A DNA stretch of 64,000 bases from Bugula neritina (lineage: Eukaryota; Animalia; Bryozoa), in NCBI GenBank assembly GCA_964035545.1, contig OZ037772.1, positions 4,406,233 to 4,470,232 of the forward strand, written 5' to 3'. A program made the position numbers and the translations under genes. The notes under the pieces are model-generated. The model searched no databases. It saw only the letters and a program-made list of their open reading frames with translations, and had not been told where the DNA came from. Position 1 is the first letter of the stretch; every line of letters starts with the position of its first letter. Of the stretch, positions 12,347 to 22,399 are shown piece after piece.

Positions 12347-13441
12347 TCAATCTTGATCACCCCGCTTGAGTAAAGCCACAGAGGCTTTGAGGGTTTTGAG
12401 CTCTGAGGCGGCGGCAGCCACTCTAGGAGTCAGTCGTTGGACCTCGGCCTCCAGGTCATACATCCGTAACTCAACCTCCTTTAGGTTTCGTGCGGTGGGC
12501 ACCTGCCGTTTTGGGGAAGTTGAATGCCAGCAGCACTTAGTAGAAGGTTGTGAGGAAACGGGAGAGGGAGAGCGTCGTTTCTTGGGTACCTCAATTCTCT
12601 GTAGGATGACGCGCGGTAGGGTGGTGAGACGGGGTACAGTCTGTGCTGGAGGAGAGTGAGAGGGTCTTGTAGATTTTTTGTATCTGGGGAGTTTTGGGCA
12701 CGGTCCATGGGTGATGAGGCGAGGAGATGGAAACCCTTGTTTCAACCGCTCGAAACGGGGAAGATCCGTGATGAATGGTTTTATCAGGTTGAGGAAGGTG
12801 GGGAAGTTGTGCTGGTCCACGTCATACAGGTGTCCCACGTGGCATTCCATGGTGTGTTGGTGTCGGAGGATGTAGTCCCTGTGGTAACTGAATTCACCAC
12901 AGGGACAGAGGGTGGTTAGGAAATGTTGCGGTATATGAATGCGCAAACGGCGATGTGTGGAGGAGTGCTGTTGACACAGCCTGCAGGTGGTGCAATCGTC
13001 ATTGCCGCGGTGTATCTGAATCTGCTCCTCGGTCTGATGTGCAACCCAACTATGTCGTTGTAGTAATATGTCTGGCAAGGAGGTGGGAGGTGTGTCGTCG
13101 TTCCAAGCTAACTCCAACGGTGGCATGTCTCCGTAGTTGGGAGAGCGAGTGGCGTCTAAAAGAGCAGAATTATTGTTAGATCGAAGTTGATTTTACCAAC
13201 ATAATTCTGACGACAATCGACTGTTACTAGTCTGAGAGTCATGCATCTTTTTATATGGCACTCGAAAGACTGTGTCAGAACGTGTAAACTGACTAAGAGA
13301 CATAGTGTCCAGCTCTAGATCTAGTAGATCGTCAGCCATTAGTATGTCTTCGTCGTCATTCACGTGTGACTCTGTCTCCAGTAACTGTGATTCAATCAGA
13401 TCGATTAAACAAGAGTTGACTGAGGTGAGATCTATTTCCAT
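12347..13441 (-). CDS. E1 ORF3: acidic N-terminus + C2H2/C2HC zinc fingers + basic Pro/Ser region + coiled coil (~364 codons, one internal stop at 13193-13195)
   Basis: ORFs 13193..13441 and 12347..13126 are in the same frame. CRLC-x12-HIPQH, then CPC-x12-H-x5-C, PKKRR and heptad LKEVELRMYDLEAEVQRL..LKTLKASVALL. Homologues in E2 and E3. Confidence 0.8.
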
Positions 13442-13493
13442 TAGTGGAGGTATTAGATCTAGGCAAGCTTACCTTGGAACCCGGTATTTGCAA

Positions 13494-15130
13494 TCATACT
13501 CGACGTTCAAGCTTGGATGTGGGTGGATTTAAAACACGTCTACCCTTGACTGCGTCAGCGTAGGAAAAGGCTGGACAGCGTGTTTGTTGTGCGAGATCGG
13601 AACTGTGTGCCTGGGGAGTAGTAATTCCACCCACTATTCCGTTTTTGCAAAACTTGGTTTTTCCGTGGTGTTCATAACTCCCACGCTTTGCTGCCAGTCT
13701 TTCCGTACGGCGCCCAGCTAGACTTTCGTACCTGCCGCTTGTAACGCGGTCGCATATGAAGTCTTGGAGATAGGCTGGGAGTCGTCTAGTACGTTGTCCT
13801 CTTTTAAGAGGAGTGGATGTACTAGCGGTAGACACCAGGGACGGTGAAAGGTTTGTTGTAGGATATGGGGTTGTGGCCGGGGAAGATGGGGTAGCTGGTG
13901 AGGGGGCGGTGTACTCGCTGGTGGGTTGTTACACTCTACCGGTGGTATTTCTTGCCTCCCGTCAGCTGTCATCCCCTCTTCCCTTCTGCTCTCTCCGGAC
14001 GGAGCCCCTCCCGTGGGGAGGTTTTGCACTTCCGGAAGTATATTAAGTTTGCGGTAACCCACACAGAACCGCCAACTGCCGTCTTTCTTCCGGACCAGAA
14101 CGACCGGCGAGCTCCACGCACTATGTGCAGGCTCTATGAGGCCGCGGTCCAGAAGATCCCGGACCTGTCAGCTGACCTCCTTCTCTTTCTTCGGCCCCAG
14201 TCTCCTCGTGGGTTGGCGGATAGGGAGAGTCCCGGCAGCTAGCGGTATCTCATGACGGACGATTCTAGTCAGGCCTACGTCCTGGTCTCCGCTGCTGAAC
14301 ACGTCCCCATACTGGCGTAGCAACTGGGCCATAGCTTGGCGCTCCTTGTTGCCCGCGCAGCCCTTGCAGGCCGACTGGTACAGTCCTTGGACATGTTCTG
14401 GGACGGTCCCCCGCCGTACAGACGGGCGCTCTTGGGGACCCTCTGTCGCCTCGCCCAGCGACGGCCCTACATCTCCTTTTTGGACCGTGTGGAAACGGCC
14501 CAGTATGGATCCGGAGGGTAGTGTTACCGACTCTGAAAAGGGCTTGACACACTGCACCAAGATCTCTCCTCGGTCAGTCAGCCGGTTTAAGCTGCTGGCA
14601 AGTTGGATTCTCGTGTGCGTTCCTTCAACTACCCCTAGTCCAGAGAGTTGACGGTCATTCACTCTGCAGTGAATGGTCACCCGGGAGCGGCCTGGTATCG
14701 TACAGTTACGGACCACCTGCAAACCCCCGACCAGGGGACGGCCGAACTTATCGACACAGGAAAGCTCCCGGCCGGCCATTAGTATGGGGGACTTATGGAA
14801 GTCCATGTGGCATTGGTGTCGTTTTAGGAACGGCGTCCTCAGGATGGCATCCTTTTCCAGCTGGCTGAGGATAAAGGTTTCCTGAATGGCCTGGTCGCGG
14901 ACGCGGCCAGGCAGCTCTACAACACCGTAGAAGGGGATATGCGACGCGTCTGCGAGGGTGCCAGGTACCCCGGTGTAGGGAGCTAATTCCTTCCTCGCCT
15001 TGGGAGGAAGGGCGTCGAAGACTCGTCTGCTGAGGAGATTCGTGTTGCAACCGGAGTCTAACAAGAACGTGACAGCCTTGCCGGCTACCTTCCCGAGTAG
15101 GAAGTTGCAACCTTACTTCTCCAGCATGCG
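13494..15130 (-). pseudogene. E1 pol remnant: protease + RT N-terminus fused to the post-integrase tail
   Basis: LDSGCNTNLL protease motif. GSWRFCVGYRKLN runs directly into LPEVQ..RGQRTRRLPAYLQDF at ~14040. Frameshifts present. Confidence 0.9.
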
Positions 15131-15532
15131 TAGTCTCGGTCGAACGGCGTGGTGCCCGTTTGGTGACCTGCTTGTGCCGCCTTTTTGGCAGAGGGGTGTT
15201 TGGTTCCCCTCCGATGTCCCGAGGGACCTCACCGGCCAGCTTCGTCTCCGGCAGCTGATTGAAGCGGTTGGTGATTGGTAGTATGAACGGTTCCCGTTGC
15301 CCATTAGAGCGGCTGGTCGGTCGTGGTATCTGCTACTCACGGGGTGTGTTCCGTGGATGCTCTTTTCTCGGCCCGCGAGGCCTTCTTCTGGTTTGGGGGT
15401 CTCTCGAGCGGGGAGGTCCTGGCTTGCTGCATTTCTCACACAGGGTAGCCCTCTTCAAACTTTCTCACTTGGGTCCTCGGTTGGGAGGCTCGGCGTCGGT
15501 GAGGGTCTTTGCCATTTGTTTCAATTTGATGC

Positions 15533-16132
15533 TCAGCCGGCCCATCTTATCTCCGAGTGACTGGGCGTGCCTTCCGTTTTCTCCGTATACAGCCGCTCGG
15601 CCCGGAGATGGTCTTCTCCGACTTGCAAGGCACTTTCTAGGGTGGTCACTCCCTTCGCCTGTAGTTGATGGTAGAGACCCACATCTTTTAGGGACTGCAT
15701 AAGGTCAATGAGAGTAAAGTTCCGTCGGTGTGTTTCTGGCAGGTCGCTGTACGCGCTCCGTGCCAGTCTCTTCACTAGGGCAACGTGGTCGCGGAGTGGT
15801 GTGCCTTCCTCCTGGCGTAGCACTTGTAGACGGGCCCTGGCTTCCAGAGCGAAGGTGCCAAAACGGCTCCGTAGTGCAGTGAATATCTCCGCCATGCTCC
15901 GTCCTTGTCCGAACGGTCTAGCTCGCTCCGTCAATACCTCCCGCAGTTTGACGAGGGCTACTCGCGGCGGCCACTGAGCGACATCTACTACTCCGTGGAA
16001 TTCTTCGATGAATTGCTCTACATCTTCTACACCCGTGAAGGTGGGAGCGGTCAGTTTATCTCTATACAGCTCCCCCATGTGCAAGAAACTGGCTGGCTCA
16101 CCTCCTGGGTGTTTTGTTGTATGTTCTGTCAT
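15533..16132 (-). CDS. E1 gag (capsid-like)
   Basis: LTAPTFTGVEDVEQF..WPPRVALVKLR..LRSRFG, homologous to the E2 and E3 gag; begins just after the PBS. Confidence 0.85.
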   Translation of the reverse strand: MTEHTTKHPGGEPASFLHMGELYRDKLTAPTFTGVEDVEQFIEEFHGVVDVAQWPPRVALVKLREVLTERARPFGQGRSMAEIFTALRSRFGTFALEARARLQVLRQEEGTPLRDHVALVKRLARSAYSDLPETHRRNFTLIDLMQSLKDVGLYHQLQAKGVTTLESALQVGEDHLRAERLYTEKTEGTPSHSEIRWAG

Positions 16133-16166
16133 GTTCCCCGTCTTTTCATTGTCTCAGCTAGAATAA

Positions 16167-16183
16167 TCCCACCGCTGCCACCA
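16167..16183 (-). other. Primer-binding site complementary to the tRNA-Leu 3' end
   Basis: TGGTGGCAGCGGTGGGA one base from the 5' LTR; complementary to ...TCCCACCGCTGCCA-CCA of eukaryotic tRNA-Leu. Confidence 0.9.
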
Positions 16184-16184
16184 C

Positions 16185-16460
16185 TGTTGTGCAACGCACA
16201 ATAGTTATGTGGGCTTTCTAGTGAGTCCAATTAGCATTTAGTCACTGACAATTCAATAGTAGTTTCCCTTGGAATCTTTATTGTAACCATATAATATAAT
16301 GCAAAAAATATATCTGTGTATCACCGTAATTGCTGTCTTACATTACTTCTAGTCACGCTCTAACTAACAACTGTTCTGCATGGCTTAATACAGCCGTTAT
16401 ACTATAAAAAGTCTGTGATTGGCAGGGGGCACGCGTGACGTATAAACCAGCCCCATTACA
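16185..16460 (-). repeat. E1 5' LTR
   Basis: Direct repeat of 11741-12017. Confidence 0.95.
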
Positions 16461-16937
16461 ATACAGATCAAAAATTCCTGCAACATCCATTTTAGTAAAA
16501 AGAACACCCCTTGATAATTAGAGTAAGGAGAGTTTTGTTGCACGAAAACGATTGTTTTATTTTAAATTTTTGTTTTGCAGAAAAATAGTTTTCACTAATT
16601 TTCATACAATTTTATATTTTACTTTAAATTTTTAAGTGTAAAAGTATACAAAAAAATTATTTAAGCTCGAAAAGAAAACAAGTCTTGTGATTCAGACAAA
16701 AATTATTATTGTTCACGATATAAAACCGGAATGTTACTCACTTTTCACCAGGTTGTTCTTAAAGTTATCTTCTCTTTAGCATATGCATACTGTAAATTAT
16801 TGTAATGGATTTGTCCTCTCATATATTCATGTCTTTTAGTTACCTATTATAGTTATATTTTTTTGCAATTATAAAGTTTTTATTAAATAGTATTTGTGTT
16901 AGCTTTGATTATTTTTACAATTAATATTAGTTTTTTT

Positions 16938-17114
16938 TGTTAGTCTAACTGCGCAAAGGTTAACTTCCTGCTGCGCACGGCGGGAAGATAGAGAGAGTCG
17001 GACATTTTTGTAGGGATAGTTAGTAATTAGTTAGCTTAGCGTGGTCACGTTTTAATTACCTAATAAAGAATCATAAACGTATCCAAGTAAGTTCTGTTTG
17101 ATATTATAATAACA
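16938..17114 (+). repeat. Possible short solo LTR
   Basis: TGTTA...TAACA ends, internal AATAAA, CpG-rich 5' half. No matching TSD. Confidence 0.3.
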
Positions 17115-17199
17115 GGCAGCAGTAAAGTGATTACAATACCATCGAACTGCAGCAATATTCAGTATACTAGAAGGTTGTCTAATTATAATTGTTCATCGC

Positions 17200-17532
17200 T
17201 TTTATAATTAGTCTAAGGTTGACAATAGTTTACACTGTTAATCCCAGTGTAGTTATTGGTTGCAAGTAATTAATTATTCATTAATTCTTGCTGTTGCCTG
17301 GTTTATAACTGCTTATCCCAGTCATAGCCAGTTTTATATTGTAGGCTGCAATAAGTAAAGGCAGGTTGTGGCAGCAAGAGAATAATCCTTTCTTGTTGTC
17401 TCCAGTTGATACTGTATAATTGACAGGTTATCCCTGTTAAAACAGTAGTCATACACTTATCACAATAACCCCCACAAGTAGTTGTGTAGAGGCAACGTTA
17501 GTTCACTCGCCTTACAGTAAAAATCCTCTACA
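17200..17532 (+). repeat. Dispersed repeat, diverged direct copy at ~53680-54022
   Basis: Shared blocks ATTGTAGGCTG(C/T)AATAA, ATACACTT and AAAATCCTCTACA in the same order. Confidence 0.6.
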
Positions 17533-19294
17533 TTATTAGTCAATTTAAACAGCTGGAATATTTTGTTTACCATTCAGTTTGCCATGGTCATTTAGTGGCT
17601 GCCTTAATATTTATTGAACTACACCCTACAATAACTCCTACTCAAAGTCCATAATATAATACATATTAGGATAATATAATGATTAACCTAATTATCACAG
17701 TTAGTTTAAGGTCATACTTTTCATTTTCTGGCTCTTTGCCAGGTGCTTTATGTTCTATATGAACAATGTTCCACTGATAGCTCGAACAGGTTGAATGTCA
17801 CAGGAACAAAAAAAATATGAAAAGATAAAGAAACTTATGTTCTCCAATATACTTTTTTATTTTTTTCAAAAGCCAATTCATGTTTAAGTTATAGCTTGTT
17901 GAAAAGCATAGTCCCCCTTCCACATTCTTTTCAATTTATACGCTCCTGACTTGTTATTGTGTCTCAATATGCCTTGTATTTGAGTGCTCGTTAGTCTCGC
18001 TTCACTAACTTTGCCTATACTTCACAAGTGCCAGTGCTGCTGGCTCAAAAGCTAAATGTTATAAACTGTCAGCTAAAACCCAATCTTGTATTCCTAGGTT
18101 GGTTGGCCTAAATAAAACAATAGTCAAATCATGATTTCATGTTTTAAAAAATTACTCTATTCTAACCTGCTGCCTAGCTAGTTCTATTTTTGATGTATAA
18201 TTACAAAATTTGTGATACATTTTTTTGGCAACCATGTGATTTATAAAATGCAGTAATGGTACTTATAATATTATATTATTATCATTATAATATATTATAT
18301 TATAGTATTATGTGTGTTTTTATTATACTGCATAATATCTATTTTATTATTGTTGTTGTGCAAACAAGTGCAATTAACCTAGTTTTCAAAATGTACCTCT
18401 AAATTATCAGAATATCAGTTTAGATATTTTCATGCTTTGTAAGGTAAACCTAAAAACAGAGGCTGTATTCCCAAAGTAAAGGGTGTTGAACTATGAACTA
18501 TATTAGATTAGCCACTCTGCTACCAAGTGCATCAGTATAATATTATATGAATAGCTCTGATGCTTTGTCTCCGGTGGCTGGCTGCAATATGATAACTTGG
18601 CCAACTTCCAAGAGTTTAAAATTGGCGCAATTATTCAAGAGGTTACATACTGCACAGAGCTAGCAGTGATAGTAACCTTGCTATTGGCAGTACTTATTAC
18701 AACTGCCAGCATATAAGCTGCATTGTAGAATGCCGTTGGGGTAGGCTAGTAAAACCAAATTCTGCTCTCTAATATACCTTAGACACAATGCAGCAACATA
18801 ATTTTTAGTTTCAAATTACATTTGCCACCCTTACATGAGCTGTGGGCTTCATAAAGATTCAGATGATTAGAGATTTATGCTATAGGCCCTATCTGTGCTA
18901 GTGTATGATGAAAATAACACACCATTGTCAAAGTTAACTTCAAGTATGTTGTTTTCCAGAAACTCAGTAATGTCCATTTATCTCTCGCATACAAGTACTT
19001 ATGTAATAGTATACAGTTTAAGTTTTATTTTAGAGCAAATCTGCAAACTCTACAATAAGAGCTTGCTTTACCAGTCTATTTCAGACCTGTTTTTGTAGCT
19101 AGTAATACGCAAGCAACTTATTTTTAAACTTTTGGGTTATTTGTTCAACACCATTAGCTTTGCTAGTAATCCGAGACTATTGCAACAGTTGACTGCTATC
19201 AACATGAATTGACAGCCTAATAATTATAACCCATTTGCGCGCAAAATATTTATGAAATGAAAGTTATTCATATAGGGCGCTTCTCATTAACGAT

Positions 19295-19370
19295 GACTGA
19301 GTGGTCCAGAGGTTAGAGGCGCCAGCGAGGAATTGGTTGATCATGGTTCAACCCTGTTTTGTTGCAATTT
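19295..19370 (+). mobile_element. Degenerate tRNA-derived SINE head
   Basis: A-box-like GTGGTCCAGAGG and B-box-like GGTTCAACCC at tRNA spacing; no intact cloverleaf. Confidence 0.35.
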
Positions 19371-20849
19371 TTTTGTCAACTTATGCAAATCCTACGCATG
19401 TATAATAAATATGGCTATAATTGTAAAGTTTTTTTTAACTTTTGTTCAACAGTAAGACAACATACATGCATAATAATTAGATACTGAACACTGGACCAAA
19501 CTTTAAATTAATCTTATAGAATACAATGTACTTAAAATAATCATATGTGAATTAGAGAAACTGAAAGTACACCTGCTGCACTATAGACAGACCTTTACTG
19601 ACAAGACTGCAAAGTGAAGTGATTTAGCTGAAATTAACTCTGCCAAACAAACAAAGAATTATGTTGTGCTGAGGCATTTTCAATATATTATTGTAACATA
19701 GTGAGATGATTCAGCTAAGTGCTAATGTAAAACAGGGAACATTATATTGGCAGAAGTCCAATAGATTGCCAATTTGTGCGAGAGGGTACTATATGTTATT
19801 GTGATAGCGCAGAGCGGCAAACGTACTAGGAATGTTATAATTAGTCACAGGAGCGTAGCTAGAACCGCCATAAGAAGAATTTAGAAAATTGCAGTGAAAC
19901 TTGCAAAATGGTGTATGTTTTTACCAAATTGTGAAGAGCATAAACAGAATTTCAAAAAACAAAGAAAGTATATTAGAGAAAACATACCAAGGAATGTCAA
20001 GTTTAACTTTTAGACTTTATAAAATGAATCCCCTGTGCTACAGCAGTGGAACATGGAGGGTGTAAAATTTTACTTATTATGCAACAACTTTCTCAGAAAT
20101 TTTTTTATTGAAAAATTAAAAAAGTATATGAAAGAGGAATGCAAGAGCTATCTTTTCATGTAAAATTTGTTAATGTGAGACAAAAACTGTTCGAGCTATC
20201 CCCTGGAAACCGTTTATATATAACATAAAGCAGTGCCTGCATCTGGAAAGTAATGACCTTAAACTAACTGTGATTATGTTTTTTAACTATTAGCTTCAAC
20301 TCACACATTGAATCACACCAACATATAAAATTTAAGTTCAAGATTTTGTGTAAATATTTATCTACTTCTAGTAGCAAAGTTAAATTATTAAAAGTGATCG
20401 TTTATGTTTATATTTATTTTTGCTGTTATGGCAAGACTTGCAATAAAGTTTGTCAAATTTAATTAGTGTTCATTAGATCTACTTGGTATTTAAATGTATC
20501 TCCGAATAAAACTTGTAATTTTATCCCAGTTTTAGCTACTTGTCTTTTATGATACAAAAGTTATAAGAATGGTAGTAGCTTTTGTTACAAATAACATAAA
20601 TGCTGAAAAATACAAAAAATACATCTGCATATGATAAAATTACACTGATGAATTACATGAGTGTGAAAGTATAAATATGAGAGGGTTTCTGTTATGTGCA
20701 GATCTGTGACTACCTGCTGCATTTTTTCTTTAACACTGTCATTTATAGGAAGGTAGCCTGCATTGTCCTAAAAATAAATAATCCTAATTATTAAAATATA
20801 TATATACACATATATTCAAAATATTTTACTGTGAATAGCAATAAGGTAT

Positions 20850-21188
20850 TGTGGTGGCTCGTGAAGCTACCAGCAGCGTAATACAAGGAAATATTGTTTC
20901 CCCCACTGATGCAACACGGGGTCACGTAATTGACCCGGAATAAGGGACAGCCAATTAGTGATACTGAACTCAGTTAGTAGTAGTTAGTTTCCCACTGTTA
21001 GTTAGTTGAGAATAGCGTAGTATATTGTATGGACGTATCAATTACTGAATGTATTTTGTATAGCTTTTGTGATGTATTCTTGTGTGTAAAATACACTCGT
21101 ATTAACTCGACTTACTCTGGTGAAGTTCTCTAGCAAAAAAAACGACTCTCTTGATTGCACATCAACCCAAAATCTGAAAATCATAACA
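20850..21188 (+). repeat. E2 5' LTR
   Basis: TGTGGTGGCTCGTG..ATAACA; homologous to the E3 LTRs; followed by the PBS. Confidence 0.9.
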
Positions 21189-21221
21189 GTGGTGGCAGCG
21201 GTGGGATAGTGCACATTAAAG

Positions 21222-22090
21222 ATGGAGACTGGAGATGCTGGAATGCAACCACCGCCTTTAGAAGGTGAGCGTAGAGATGATGTTATTCCTGTGAATCATG
21301 TGGGAGAAAAGGCTTATCGATACCGGTTGAAAGTTCTCACCTTTACTGGGTCAGAAGATGTTGAACAATTTATAGAGGAGTTTAGAGAAGTAATGGATAT
21401 TGCTCAATGGCCACAGAGAGTGGCCTTTATCCAATTGCGGAGGGCATTGGTGGAACAAGCTAAGCCGTACGGAATAGAAACGGACGTAGACGGGATATTG
21501 GTTGTGCTGCGGGCCCGCTTTGGCATCTCCGCTTTGAAGGCCATGGCCCGTTTACAAAGGTCGTGCCGGGCCCCACAGACTCCGTTGCAAGAGCACGCCG
21601 CTACGGTAAAGAAGCTGGCGCAGATTGCGTATGGTGACCTACCAGCACAACACCAAGAGCACTACACTTATGACGCTTTCGTCCAGTCACTGAATGACCT
21701 GGGCCTACACCACTAACTACAAGCCAAAGAAGTAACTACGGTAGAGGATGCCCTAAAGGCTGGAAAGGCTTACATGTTGGCTACTCAACTGCATCGAGAA
21801 CAAGGGAACCCGCTGCCGGTTAGAGTTAATGTTGCCAGAGCTACGGTGGCCTCCGAAGCCCCCTCCTTGGAAGCAGAAGTAGACTGTATGGTAGAGATGT
21901 TGAGACAGCTAGTAGCAATTCTTGCCAACGCTGGCCCCGGCCAGGCCCAGTGGTTGCCCCCAGCACCTGTGGGGCTGGGCTGGAGTGGTAGTGGTCAGAG
22001 CCGCACACAGCAAGGACGACCCCAGGACTAAGGGGCATTAAACTGTCACGGCCCGCGGACACCTTCCCTCTCTGCGGGCCAAGACTGAAG
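21222..22090 (+). pseudogene. E2 gag
   Basis: METGDAGMQPP..LKVLTFTGSEDVEQF..WPQRVAFIQLR; in-frame stops at 21714-21716 and 22029-22031. Confidence 0.9.
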
Positions 22091-22399
22091 GAACATGGTG
22101 GGACATGCCACCGCCTGTCTGTACAGACACCACGATATGCCCCCCCCCCCCGAGTGGCAGGTACCACGTAGGACTATCCGACCCTCACAGCGGCCGAGTA
22201 CCTTCTCCCTGCTACTCGCTAACCGGTTCCACCGGTTACCTCAGGAAGAGGAGCCTGCCACTGATATAGAGCCGGAAAGCCCAGTGGAGATTTCCGAACG
22301 CCGCCGGCGCCAACCACGCCGCCGGAAACCCCGTACACCGCGGGTAAAACCCCCACCGTCCCAGCCAGCCAGGACAGCACATGCGGGGGGGGGTAAAAG

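Larger units (their letters stand above)
11741..16460 (-). mobile_element. Ty3/Gypsy LTR retrotransposon E1, internally deleted (most of RT, RNase H and integrase missing)
   Basis: LTRs 11741-12017 and 16185-16460 (TG..CA, ~7 substitutions + 1 indel by eye), 4-bp TSD ATAC, PBS 16167-16183, PPT 12018-12030, gag, protease and ORF3. Confidence 0.95.

Noticed and set aside
12347-13441. ORF3 as an env gene
   Set aside because: No signal peptide, transmembrane anchor or fusion-peptide-like segment; it has zinc-finger and basic motifs instead.
12366-16204. Numerous antisense/overlapping ORFs within the Gypsy elements (also in E2 and E3)
   Set aside because: Expected shadows of GC-rich coding sequence; no motifs and not conserved as ORFs between elements.
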